Position numbers and translations under genes: made by a program. A DNA stretch of 57,539 nt. Source: an uncultured Methanosarcinales archaeon (GTDB lineage: Archaea; Nanobdellota; Nanobdellia; Woesearchaeales; CAZYIM01). Location: contig CAZYIM010000016.1 in NCBI GenBank assembly GCA_964647565.1, positions 1-57,539 of the forward strand, written 5' to 3'. Below the pieces are notes generated by a model, which saw nothing but the letters and a program-made list of their open reading frames with translations, searched no databases and was not told where the DNA came from. This document shows, piece after piece, positions 17,795-27,509 of this stretch (position 1 is its first letter; the number at the start of each line of letters is the position of its first letter).

Positions 17795-19902
17795 TCCCAA
17801 TCCCCCTTGATTTCCAGACTTTGTTTGAGTATCCACTCTTGCACTTTCTTTATTCTATCTGCAAATGGTTTTTTATCTTTAGCTACCTTCAGAAAAAATC
17901 CTTTTCCGTCAGCTAGACCCAGGACTTTAGATGGGTTAACGATTGAATTTATGACCACATCACCCTTTGAGCCAATTACTCCTCCTGCTACAACATTAAA
18001 GTCTTCCATCTTAATTTTTCCTGATATGTTATTAATGAGATCAAAGATCTGAAGATTGGTCAAGATGGTGCCTGAGAGATTGGCTCTCATGTCGAATCTC
18101 CTGACATCATTCCCTTGCTTGATGCAGAGTTCCACTAGATCTTCATGTATACTGCCGATAGAGCCATCCACTAAAACTGAATTTTTATCTATGTGTTGGA
18201 TTAATTCTGGATTTAGTGTTGTATGTTTTGGGGTCATGCCAACTATAAAATCCTTTTTTTCCACGCCTACTCTCAATTTTTTCTCATAACTGAGTGCACA
18301 AGGGACCTCTTGATATAAGTTGGTCAACGCAGTCCAAACCTTTTCTGCTTTTTTCCAGTTCTTATCCCAGATAGTGATGTCAAATCCTAGGTTAAGCAAT
18401 CTTGTTATTATTCTCATGGATATTTGGTTAATTCCTACCACTAACACTTTTTCAGCTGCTTTATCTTTAGATAGCATAATAAAATTACATATAGAATCGA
18501 CCCAGATATCTACTTCATCATAAGTTATGACCTTGCTCTTTTTAAACTCAAATTTTAGCTCTTCAACCCACGCTTGATCAACTTGGCTGTTGCTAATGTC
18601 CAGGAAAACATAGTCGATGCCATCGATGCCTTTTACAATATCTTTAATTTGGTTTTTATCTGTTATCTCAACATTACCTATCACAAAATATTCGTTTTCT
18701 CTCATGAAAGGGAAATGAATCTCTTTTTTCCCAAGATGTGAGAACGATATTGTAAAGATTCCTTTCTTGCCTTTTTTCTTAGATATGGCATCAACATCCT
18801 CCGCTATTTTCTTTGCAGTTTTCATAATACTCTGCTTTTTCTCATGATCATGAAATAATTGGTCAAATGCAATCTTGTTGATCTTATATTGTTGAGGTTT
18901 TTTCTTTTTCTGTGCTTGTATATTTTTTGCTATCCTTTCAGCATCTTTAGGCTCAGTATAGATCTTACTGATCTTAGTTACTTCAAGAATTAGCTTTCTC
19001 GGGTCAATATTATACATCTCAGAATATTTTTTGATTATTTTCATGTAGCTTGAATGAAATTCTGAAAAACCACATACGAGGCCCATTTCATCCAGACCTC
19101 CCCTATTTTTCATCAGAGGCTTGATTAGTTTCTGTCCTATTGTGAAAGTATCAAGCATATTAACACCTGTCTTAACACCTAATTTTTCAAATGCGGATAC
19201 AAGTATCTCTGTTTCCGCATTACCTGAGCTTCTACCCAAACCTCCTAATGATCCGTCAACAAACTCTGCTCCATGTTCAAAAGCGGCAATACTGTTGGCT
19301 ACGGCCATTGAAAAATTATTATGTCCGTGGAAGCCTAATTTACAGGATACTTTCTTCTTAGTTTCATCCATGTATTTTCCAACCTGTTCTGGAAACATGC
19401 CGCCTGCAGAATCTACCAGATAAAGTATATCAACTCCGAACCTATCTGCTATAGCTGCATAATCAGCAAATTTCTTTGGGGGTACTGCATAAGACTTCAT
19501 CAGGTTTGATGTAACAGTCATTCCTAAATCCTTGGCATATCTGATGTAATCTTTGGCTTTCTCTAGTTCATTTATGTTGGTTCCGATTCTGACAAAGCCC
19601 ATACCATGTTCTGAAGCCGTATTAAGATCTTCTTTTTTACCAATTCCAGGAATAAAGAACATTCCCCATTTAGATTTCTTGAACATGGCTGATGCCATCT
19701 TGCAATATTCTTTGTCTGATGCTATGGATTTTCCATAGTTGGGCGAGCCTCCAAAACCAACACCATGGCCTATTTCGATGAACTTGAATCCAAGATCCTC
19801 CAGATTCTTCCCAATCACAACTACATCCTTAAGGGTGAAGTTATAGTCGATGGCGTAACTGCCATCCCTGATAGTACAATCGAGTATGTTTATTTTTTTC
19901 AT
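17791..19902 (-). CDS. 4-hydroxy-2-oxovalerate-aldolase-like (HMGL/DRE-TIM) enzyme fused to a C-terminal Rossmann-like domain
   Basis: ILDCTIRDGSY, IEIGHG, LMKSY, VDSAG, GFHGHNN, FHSSY DmpG-like communication region; about 370 extra residues with KVLVVG..WD. Confidence 0.82.
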   Translation of the reverse strand: MKKINILDCTIRDGSYAIDYNFTLKDVVVIGKNLEDLGFKFIEIGHGVGFGGSPNYGKSIASDKEYCKMASAMFKKSKWGMFFIPGIGKKEDLNTASEHGMGFVRIGTNINELEKAKDYIRYAKDLGMTVTSNLMKSYAVPPKKFADYAAIADRFGVDILYLVDSAGGMFPEQVGKYMDETKKKVSCKLGFHGHNNFSMAVANSIAAFEHGAEFVDGSLGGLGRSSGNAETEILVSAFEKLGVKTGVNMLDTFTIGQKLIKPLMKNRGGLDEMGLVCGFSEFHSSYMKIIKKYSEMYNIDPRKLILEVTKISKIYTEPKDAERIAKNIQAQKKKKPQQYKINKIAFDQLFHDHEKKQSIMKTAKKIAEDVDAISKKKGKKGIFTISFSHLGKKEIHFPFMRENEYFVIGNVEITDKNQIKDIVKGIDGIDYVFLDISNSQVDQAWVEELKFEFKKSKVITYDEVDIWVDSICNFIMLSKDKAAEKVLVVGINQISMRIITRLLNLGFDITIWDKNWKKAEKVWTALTNLYQEVPCALSYEKKLRVGVEKKDFIVGMTPKHTTLNPELIQHIDKNSVLVDGSIGSIHEDLVELCIKQGNDVRRFDMRANLSGTILTNLQIFDLINNISGKIKMEDFNVVAGGVIGSKGDVVINSIVNPSKVLGLADGKGFFLKVAKDKKPFADRIKKVQEWILKQSLEIKGDWE

Positions 19903-19908
19903 TTTTCA

Positions 19909-19928
19909 AGATTGGAACGTTCCAATCT
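19909..19928. repeat. Perfect 20-bp palindrome between Shine-Dalgarno and aldolase start
   Basis: AGATTGGAAC|GTTCCAATCT; AGGAGGTG at 19938-19931 on the minus strand. Confidence 0.9.
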
Positions 19929-19938
19929 GCCACCTCCT

Positions 19939-20925
19939 TCAACTATTATTAATTATAATATCTATAACCTTAGACATACCATGCCCATCAAAACGTTGGC
20001 ACTTTTCATAGAGGAGTATTCGGGTCTGCTTTTCTAACAAGTTCTTATATAATTTCTGGAATTCTGCTTTATCAGTACCATTTACTTGGGTCTTTTTAAT
20101 ATACCAATTCTTTTCAAATTCTTTGGCCAACCTATCATTGGCATCGCCATATGGTACTACCAATGTTGGCACTCCTAGACCTACTGATTCATAAAGTGTG
20201 TTGCCGCCTGCGACAATGCAAAGGTCAGATAGAAGTATCTCCTGTTCAAGATCTTCAAGATCCTTTTTTATTACAACATCTTTATTAATTTTTTTCAACT
20301 CTTCTTCAGTATGCAAATCATATTCTTTAGTAATGACACAGTTAATTATAGGTATTTCGTCCAGTTCATTTTGTTTATAAAACTCAGTTATATATCGAAG
20401 CGTTTTTTGGGTTAATTTGCCAGGATCACTATATCCGAAGCTCATGAGGACATTTTTAACCTTGCCAATGTTTTTAATACTCTTTCTAGTTTCAGGTTTC
20501 TCAATTAGCCAATATTGATAACCTGTATATTCTTTCTTTGGATTGAAATCAGGATCCTTTATGATGTTGATATAGATGTCAGAACCTGGCTTATAGTTGC
20601 CAAGGGCAATAATCTTATATTCTCTGGGGTTGAGGGAACTCATCTCATGTGAAAGCAGGTCAACAATAAGCGTGGAAGCGCTTCTTGTGGCCATCTCTTT
20701 TTTTAAAGCCTCATTATTGTCTGGGATGGTCTTAAGAGGGAAATCCTCTATTATCTCTTCCTTAAAATCTTTGAGAATTTCGCCAAAGACAAGAAAATTG
20801 ATCCTCTCTCTTAAATTGTCTTCTTTTTTAGTTAAGGCCTTGGCAAGCCGCATACATCTGACAACATGACCTGAACCGATCTTTTTATTCCCTTTGCATA
20901 AAAATATGATCTCTCCTTGATTCAT
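19939..20925 (-). CDS. pseG: PseG/SpsG-like UDP-sugar hydrolase (GT-B fold)
   Basis: IGSGHVVRCMRLAKAL, SFGYSDP, AGGNTLYE..GVP; adjacent to pseI. Confidence 0.8.
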   Translation of the reverse strand: MNQGEIIFLCKGNKKIGSGHVVRCMRLAKALTKKEDNLRERINFLVFGEILKDFKEEIIEDFPLKTIPDNNEALKKEMATRSASTLIVDLLSHEMSSLNPREYKIIALGNYKPGSDIYINIIKDPDFNPKKEYTGYQYWLIEKPETRKSIKNIGKVKNVLMSFGYSDPGKLTQKTLRYITEFYKQNELDEIPIINCVITKEYDLHTEEELKKINKDVVIKKDLEDLEQEILLSDLCIVAGGNTLYESVGLGVPTLVVPYGDANDRLAKEFEKNWYIKKTQVNGTDKAEFQKLYKNLLEKQTRILLYEKCQRFDGHGMSKVIDIIINNS

Positions 20926-21959
20926 TTGTTCACCAGGTCCCAGTCAACAGGGCTGTTTTTCTTAAGATCCTTTAAAGCTTTTTTCTCTATCAATTGGTAA
21001 ATATACTTAGGTTTTAATCCGTCTGCAGGTCTAAGGATATCAAAACAAGCTTCTGTAAGAATCTCATCTTTTTTAATATCTTTTGCTGCAAATATGCTTC
21101 GCCTGTAGGCCCTTTTTGGAATTTCTAAGGGGGTTGGTTTCTTTTCAGCCTTACCCAGGGTCTGCTCGCACATCCTTATCAGTCTGACCATTTCTTTAAG
21201 CTCGCCAGGTTCGATAGCAAAATGATGATCTGGACCTTTGGATTTCCTGCTAAGCGTAAAATGTTTCTCAACAACTTGGGCACCTCTAGCAACTGCGGCC
21301 CAAGGCACCATAGTTCCTTCTGTATGATCTGAATAACCTATTGGAAGCCTAAATGTTTTCCTCATGATATCCATGGCTCGAAGATTTACATCAGCTAGAG
21401 AAACAGGGTAGTTGATGCCACAATGAAGAAGAATTATTTGTTTATTATCCTCCTCTTGAATCGCACCCACAGCTTCTTGGATCTCTTGCATGTCCGCACC
21501 GCCTGTTGAGATTATCATAGGTTTCTTTTTTCTGGCGATATACTTAAGAAAAGGTATATCTATCAATTCAAAAGAGGCTATCTTGAATAGTTTAACACCT
21601 GCTTTGTCAAGCAAATCTGTAGATTCTCTATCAAATGGACTGGCACAAAATAATATGTTTTGCTTGTTGCAATAGTCTGCAAGACCAGGTATCCAATCAT
21701 ATGGTGCTTCACATGTTTCATACAGTTCCCGAAGCGTGCTGCCGTCTGGTAATTTGGAAGCGCCAACATTTGAGTTTGCAGATATTGTCTTTGCCTTAAA
21801 GAACTGGAACTTAACTGCGTCTGCCTTTGCTTTTACAGCAACATCAACCAATTGCTTTGCAGTCTCAAGACTTCCATTATGATTACTGGCAGCTTCAGCA
21901 ATAATAAAACAATGATCTTTTTCTAATATATGTTCCCAAACATCTTTTTTTGAACTCAT
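20922..21959 (-). CDS. pseI: Nonulosonic acid synthase (PseI/NeuB family)
   Basis: IIAEAASNHNGS, DAVKFQ, KIASFE, IISTG, GYSDHT, EKHFTL, C-terminal SAF domain. The pseI symbol rests on pseB/C/G context. Confidence 0.88.
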   Translation of the reverse strand: MSSKKDVWEHILEKDHCFIIAEAASNHNGSLETAKQLVDVAVKAKADAVKFQFFKAKTISANSNVGASKLPDGSTLRELYETCEAPYDWIPGLADYCNKQNILFCASPFDRESTDLLDKAGVKLFKIASFELIDIPFLKYIARKKKPMIISTGGADMQEIQEAVGAIQEEDNKQIILLHCGINYPVSLADVNLRAMDIMRKTFRLPIGYSDHTEGTMVPWAAVARGAQVVEKHFTLSRKSKGPDHHFAIEPGELKEMVRLIRMCEQTLGKAEKKPTPLEIPKRAYRRSIFAAKDIKKDEILTEACFDILRPADGLKPKYIYQLIEKKALKDLKKNSPVDWDLVNK

Positions 21960-21963
21960 TTTT

Positions 21964-24009
21964 TCATCTGTTCTTATCTCTTTTGAATATAGGCCTTATT
22001 TTCTCCCCAAATAATATGGCATCATGACTATTCTTATCAACAGCCTTCTTGACACTAGTCATAGCTTTTGCTGCCGCTTCTAGATAGTTATTAATATCTT
22101 CTTCTGTATGTGCGAGACAGAGATTATTAGTTGTGAGTACAAGGATTCCGTTTTCAATCATAACTTGTTGATATATTGAAAGCAGGTCCAGGGCGGTGAG
22201 ATTGCCTATTGGCTTGAATACGGGTGAACTGTGTACATCGAGACCTTTAACGTCCATTACATCAGTCAGGCCTTTTTTTCTGATCAAAGTTTTGATGCCT
22301 TCTTTTAGTCTCTTGCCCAGTTTCCACATTCTTTCATATGTGCCTTTTTTTTCTAGGATATTGATGACAGCTAGGCAACCTGCTAATGATACTGCATCAC
22401 CACCATGAGTGGTTGAAATGAAAGCGCCCTCTTCGATTAACTTCAGATATTTTTTCTGGCCAACAACCGCACTTATAGGTAAACCATTACCAAAACCCTT
22501 TCCAAGAGCTGTAAGGTCTGGAACAACTCCAAAAAGGCCTTGAGCCCCAGAAAGATGGATCCTAAAACCCGTGACAACCTCATCAAATATCAGTAAAGCT
22601 CCATTATCATGTGTAAGCGTCTTTAGCTTTTCAAGAAAATGATTCTCAGGACCGTTGCCCTGTACTGGCTCTAGGATTACGCAGGCAATTTTGCCCTCAT
22701 ATTTTGTAAACAGTTTCTTAACAGAATCTATGTTATTATATTCGAATTTCTTTACAAGTGCCTTTACACATTTAGGGATGCCCAGATCATTCTCAGTTGA
22801 ACCAATATACCATTCCTGGTAGCCATGATATCCCGATACAAGGACCATCTCTCTTTTGGTATATGCTCTTGCAAGCCTGACTGCTGCTGAAGTGCCATCT
22901 GAGCCATTTTTAACAAATCGGACCATTTCTGCGGAAGGGTATATCTCGATAAGCTTTCTTGCTAGTTTAACCTCAAGTTCAGTCGCCTGAGAAAATCCAA
23001 TACCTTTCTTAAGCTGATCTGATATAGCTTTATTGACTTTGGTATTTGCATGACCCACAGTTATGGCGCCGAGTGCACATACAAAATCAATGAATTCATT
23101 ACCATCAACATCCCAGACATGGCTTCCGTTTCCTCGATCTAGAAAAGCAGGTGCAGCACCCTCGCAATAATATCTGTAGCTTTTACTGTATGTCTGTGCT
23201 GCACAAGGTGTTAGTTGTTTAGCCTCTTTGAGCAGCTTGAGACTTTTTGCATATTTTTTCATGTTTTGTTCCCTCGCCCATTGGTCCAGATAGCTTCTTT
23301 TTATATTCTGCGTCATTTGGAGAATATCTGGATGTTTCCTGACATGATTTATGATTTCGTCAAGATGGAATATGTTATTCTTTTTTGGATTGTATAAGCC
23401 CAAAAAGATCTTTTTAACAGCTTCATATTGATTTCTTTCGTCTACTGAAAAAACCATATTTGAAAGATTCTTATTATTTTCAAGGGTATCTTGCTTAACA
23501 AAAGAAGGATTCTTCCACATGTATGGTGTTACATGCTCCCTGTCGTCTCCTTTGGTTTGTTTCCAGGCATCATAAAGTATCTTGAAGCTAAACACCTCAC
23601 AGTCACCAATACCGTCTGGAAAGCTTATTCCACTATTGAGATAGTCTAATTTTTTGTCAAGAAACTTTTTGATCGCATTGTCAATTATAGAGGGATCAAT
23701 TAGTGGACAGTCTCCTGTTATCCGTACAATACTATCTGTGCTGGAAGATTTGGCTGCCTTGTAGACTCTATCTAAAACATCGTTTTCATCACCTCTAAAA
23801 CAAGCCACGCCTATTTTTTTTGCTTCAATGGAGATGGGGTTATCTTGTTTTTGGTCACTTGTGGCCAACACAATATGGTTGAGGTAATTTGAAGCTTTTA
23901 GTCTATTGATAACATGCCAGATAATAGTCCTGTGCTGGATTTTCATTAAAGTTTTTCCTGGAAGCCTCTTTGACCCCATTCTAGCCTGGATTATTGCAGT
24001 GATCTTCAT
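21964..24009 (-). CDS. Fusion: SpsF-like cytidylyltransferase + class III (GSA-like) aminotransferase
   Basis: N-terminal IIQARMGSKRLPGK, RITGDCPLID, REHVT; from about 23262 DVDGNEFID, KNGSD, FDEVVTGFR, LGKGFGNG. Confidence 0.9.
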   Translation of the reverse strand: MKITAIIQARMGSKRLPGKTLMKIQHRTIIWHVINRLKASNYLNHIVLATSDQKQDNPISIEAKKIGVACFRGDENDVLDRVYKAAKSSSTDSIVRITGDCPLIDPSIIDNAIKKFLDKKLDYLNSGISFPDGIGDCEVFSFKILYDAWKQTKGDDREHVTPYMWKNPSFVKQDTLENNKNLSNMVFSVDERNQYEAVKKIFLGLYNPKKNNIFHLDEIINHVRKHPDILQMTQNIKRSYLDQWAREQNMKKYAKSLKLLKEAKQLTPCAAQTYSKSYRYYCEGAAPAFLDRGNGSHVWDVDGNEFIDFVCALGAITVGHANTKVNKAISDQLKKGIGFSQATELEVKLARKLIEIYPSAEMVRFVKNGSDGTSAAVRLARAYTKREMVLVSGYHGYQEWYIGSTENDLGIPKCVKALVKKFEYNNIDSVKKLFTKYEGKIACVILEPVQGNGPENHFLEKLKTLTHDNGALLIFDEVVTGFRIHLSGAQGLFGVVPDLTALGKGFGNGLPISAVVGQKKYLKLIEEGAFISTTHGGDAVSLAGCLAVINILEKKGTYERMWKLGKRLKEGIKTLIRKKGLTDVMDVKGLDVHSSPVFKPIGNLTALDLLSIYQQVMIENGILVLTTNNLCLAHTEEDINNYLEAAAKAMTSVKKAVDKNSHDAILFGEKIRPIFKRDKNR

Positions 24010-24989
24010 AATGAGATCCTCCTCTTCTTGGTTTGGGATTCTTTAGCAGCAAGGACAACATCTAATGCCCTTATACCTTCAAAAATATCCTGTTCGGGTT
24101 CTATGTCCTCATTTAGACAAGCTAAAAAGTGTTTGAACTGTTCTATGTACATTTGGTTAACATCATATTTTTTATCAAGTATGAGAGTCTTCCATCCTTG
24201 GGAATCAATAAATAATCTTATCTCAGGTTTATGATAGTTCCATTCAATGATTCCCTTTTCTCCAACAATCCTGCAACCCCTAGTATATTCTGTTTGCAGG
24301 TTATCCATGTGAACCTCACCCATAACTCCCTGTTTGAACTTAAGGGTTAAGGATGCATAATCTTCTGTGTCTGTTTCGAGATTACTGATATGATTTATAT
24401 ATGCCTGGACTTCAGATACCTCGCCAAAAAGACTTTTAAGATAGTCTATCTCATGGATGGCATCAAGTACCACACCGCCTCCCATCGCTCTACTTGCACT
24501 ATATACCTTCCGGTAATCTCTTCCTGGCCTGCAATAAGGCAGATAAAAACCGACCTGCGCCTGAACAAACCAGATTTTTCCAATCACTTGCTTATCTAAA
24601 AGTTCTTTTATTTTTTTTATACCTTGATGAAATCGCATATTGCATCCCACCAATGTGAGAACAGGGTGATCCTTTGCGGTTTTGAATACAGAATCTCTTG
24701 TCTCTTTATCGTGCGCAACAGGTTTTTCAACAAATACAGGTTTTTCATGCTCTAAGGCTTTGATAAGTTGAGGCGCGTGCAAGCTGGTGGGAGAACATAT
24801 GATTACAACATCACAATCTTCCAAGTATTGTTCATATTCAAGGCAAGTCTTAATTTTATAGTCTTTCTTGACCTGATCAAGCATTTTTTGATCTGGATCA
24901 CTAGCAATAATATCTTTCTGGCCCAGGCTGATCAGGTTTCTGATATGTCTCTTACCTATTGATCCGCATCCAACCACTAAAAATTTCAT
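24006..24989 (-). CDS. Gfo/Idh/MocA family oxidoreductase
   Basis: VVGCGSIGKRH, FVEKP, GGGVVLDAIHEID. Confidence 0.92.
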   Translation of the reverse strand: MKFLVVGCGSIGKRHIRNLISLGQKDIIASDPDQKMLDQVKKDYKIKTCLEYEQYLEDCDVVIICSPTSLHAPQLIKALEHEKPVFVEKPVAHDKETRDSVFKTAKDHPVLTLVGCNMRFHQGIKKIKELLDKQVIGKIWFVQAQVGFYLPYCRPGRDYRKVYSASRAMGGGVVLDAIHEIDYLKSLFGEVSEVQAYINHISNLETDTEDYASLTLKFKQGVMGEVHMDNLQTEYTRGCRIVGEKGIIEWNYHKPEIRLFIDSQGWKTLILDKKYDVNQMYIEQFKHFLACLNEDIEPEQDIFEGIRALDVVLAAKESQTKKRRISL

Positions 24990-24994
24990 TGTTC

Positions 24995-25753
24995 TTAACC
25001 TTCTCTTACGTTTAATCCGTGTACTTTGAGGAATCTCATGGCCTTGATAAGGCTTTGGTCTGTAAAGTTGAAGATGCTGCTTGCTGCTACTGCAGATGCA
25101 CCTGCCTTGGTAAGTGCATCCTGAAAATCATCTAGGGTGCCTGCACCTCCATTGGCGATGACTGGAATATTGACAGCCTGAGAGATGGCTTTAACCAACT
25201 CCAGATCATATCCTTCCATGGTACCTTCGTTATCTATTGAAGTGATAAGGATCTCCCCTGCACCAAGTTCGGTTACTTTTTTTGCCCATGTAATAGCATC
25301 TAGACCTGTTGTTTTCTTTCCATTATGGGTGCAAACCTCATACTTGTCTCCCTTTTTTTTGGCATCAATCGATATGACAATACATTGGCTGCCGAACATA
25401 TTCGCAGCTTCTTTGATAAAATTAGGGTTGTCAACAGCTGCTGCATTGATAGAGACCTTATCTGCACCTGCTGCAAGCAGATTGTTAATATCCTGGACAG
25501 TGCGCACGCCGCCCCCGAGAGTCAAGGGCATGAAGCACTCTTTGGTCACTTCTTCTATTACACTAATCAAGGTCTGTCTGTTCTCGGTACTTGCATCAAT
25601 ATCAAGGAATATGAGTTCGTCTGCTTTTTGGGCATCATAGATTTTGGCTTGGGTTGTAGGATAGCCAACATCTCTGTATTTGCCAAATTGGATTGGCTTC
25701 ACCAGCCTACCATTTTTCAACAGAAGGACAGGAATCAATCTTTGCTTAAGCAT
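24995..25753 (-). CDS. HisF-like (WbuZ/AglZ-type) ammonia-channel subunit
   Basis: RLIPVLL, DELIFLDI, GGGVR, GADKVSIN, GAGEILITSID; clustered with the sugar amidotransferase. Confidence 0.88.
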   Translation of the reverse strand: MLKQRLIPVLLLKNGRLVKPIQFGKYRDVGYPTTQAKIYDAQKADELIFLDIDASTENRQTLISVIEEVTKECFMPLTLGGGVRTVQDINNLLAAGADKVSINAAAVDNPNFIKEAANMFGSQCIVISIDAKKKGDKYEVCTHNGKKTTGLDAITWAKKVTELGAGEILITSIDNEGTMEGYDLELVKAISQAVNIPVIANGGAGTLDDFQDALTKAGASAVAASSIFNFTDQSLIKAMRFLKVHGLNVREG

Positions 25754-26363
25754 TTTCTCCAAAATTTTCCAGGATCTTCAGTCCTTTGTCCTGACTTTTT
25801 TCAGGATGGAACTGAGCTGCATAAATATTGCCTTTGTTCAGGGTTGATACAAACCTCTCTCCATAGTCACAGTAAGAGGTGGTAATATCTTCATTTTCAT
25901 TAGGCATAACATGATAGCTGTGCACGAAATAAAAATCAGATCCGTCAGGGATATCTTTGAGGATGACGTCTTCTTTGACAATGTTAATATTGTTCCAGCC
26001 AATGTGAGGGACTTTAATGTCCTTGGGATCTGGCCTAAACAGTTTGACATCTGCATCTATGAAACCCAAGCCTTCGTGCTGACCGCCTTCTTCACTGCTC
26101 TTGGCAAGCAGCTGCATGCCCAGACATATGCCTATAAGAGGCTTTTTCTTATTGAGTACCTCATCACTAAGCAATTCAATTAGCTTGAATTTTTTCAGGT
26201 TGTTCATGCCATCCCTAAATGCGCCTACACCTGGTAGCAATAGCTTTTCAGCATTCCTGATATCTCCCTCTTTTCGTGATATGATAGCTTCAAAACCCAG
26301 AAACTCAAGAGCATTCTTTACAGAGCGAACATTACCCATTCCATAATCTATAATGACTATCAT
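25746..26363 (-). CDS. HisH-like (WbuY/AglY-type) glutaminase
   Basis: DYGMGN, LPGVG, GICLGMQ, PHIGWN, YFVHSY, QFHPEKS. Confidence 0.9.
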   Translation of the reverse strand: MIVIIDYGMGNVRSVKNALEFLGFEAIISRKEGDIRNAEKLLLPGVGAFRDGMNNLKKFKLIELLSDEVLNKKKPLIGICLGMQLLAKSSEEGGQHEGLGFIDADVKLFRPDPKDIKVPHIGWNNINIVKEDVILKDIPDGSDFYFVHSYHVMPNENEDITTSYCDYGERFVSTLNKGNIYAAQFHPEKSQDKGLKILENFGENA

Positions 26364-27490
26364 TCTTTAAGCTGCCAATCCTTTTGATCCTCAAGCTCCT
26401 CGCCTTGTTCTATGTTTTCAGCATCGAACTTATGGGGCTTTATTACATGTTTTAAAGCAATATCCATAAATTCTTCTTCAGTCATATCCATGATCTTCAG
26501 GAAATAATCCAGGCTTTTAGGTCGCTTGCCTTCATATTTCTTAACAAGTTCCATTGCTTTTTCCCGGGTCATCCTGTTGTGCCTTATATCGATGGAGGTT
26601 AGGTGTGTAGCCCTTGCAAAACCTCGTTTAATAAACTTGAGCCAATCTCTTACACCTGTCAGTTTACATTCAACTTTCTCATAGTAGTATTCTGGAGGTA
26701 CGCCTTCTGTCCTGTCGCCCATCCATCCCAGTTCTTTTCTGATCAGATCTGACTGTTTTTTGGTGTCCCATTTGATAAAGCTTCCAAGATGGATTGCGCG
26801 AACCTTCTTTTCCCTTATCTCTTTTGCAGTTGTAAACGTGAAAGGTGCAAGGTCTCTAAGATCAGCGTCAATCATGCCTGCCATATCCTCTGCACTTATA
26901 CCTAAATTACCACTCATCCTGTTAAGCTTTTTCTCACCAACATCATCATCCTCACCATAACCATAATAGCTAGTGTATTCTGCAGAAGATTCCCCATAGA
27001 TCAATAGGGGGATGTTGTGCCTGACTGCGATCTGTATTGGATACGAGGTGATGCCGAGATGGCAGTGCCAACAGAAATCACCTTTTCTTAGAAGAGACTC
27101 GAGCATCAGTTTCTTCACTATCTGCCAGCTAGGTCTGAAGATGTGAAGGTCAACACCAAGTTTGTTTAGCACTTTTTCTCGTGCTTTGATGTGGTCGGGT
27201 CTGAACAGATGATGATCAAAACAGACTGCTAAAGGTTTGAGGCCAAGTTCTTTTACAACATAGTAAAGTTGGAAAGTTGAGTCCTTACCCCCACTAAAAG
27301 GGATGATACAATCATATTCTCCTTTGCCCTTATATTCATTGACTAATGCCTGCATTTCTTTTTTCTTAGCTTCCCAGTCAATGTTATCTCTCTTTGCCTC
27401 AATTTGCCTACAAACATTACATACTCCTTTTTCATCAAAAAGCAGTGTTTCCTGGGTTTCAGGTGTTACACATTTACTACATCTTTTCAT
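26360..27490 (-). CDS. N-acetyl sugar amidotransferase (WbuX/PseA/AglX family)
   Basis: CSKC..CNVC, YDCIIPFSGGKDS PP-loop, CWHC, YGE, KRGFARAT. Start moved to ATG 27490. Confidence 0.9.
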   Translation of the reverse strand: MKRCSKCVTPETQETLLFDEKGVCNVCRQIEAKRDNIDWEAKKKEMQALVNEYKGKGEYDCIIPFSGGKDSTFQLYYVVKELGLKPLAVCFDHHLFRPDHIKAREKVLNKLGVDLHIFRPSWQIVKKLMLESLLRKGDFCWHCHLGITSYPIQIAVRHNIPLLIYGESSAEYTSYYGYGEDDDVGEKKLNRMSGNLGISAEDMAGMIDADLRDLAPFTFTTAKEIREKKVRAIHLGSFIKWDTKKQSDLIRKELGWMGDRTEGVPPEYYYEKVECKLTGVRDWLKFIKRGFARATHLTSIDIRHNRMTREKAMELVKKYEGKRPKSLDYFLKIMDMTEEEFMDIALKHVIKPHKFDAENIEQGEELEDQKDWQLKE

Positions 27491-27509
27491 ACCAAATCCC
27501 CCTTTGTTT

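Noticed and set aside
21964..23262. hemL (tetrapyrrole synthesis)
   Set aside because: The domain is fused to a cytidylyltransferase inside a sugar operon and no hem genes are nearby.
24995..26363. Histidine biosynthesis hisF/hisH
   Set aside because: No other his genes; adjacency to a WbuX-type amidotransferase marks them as glycan-modification paralogues.
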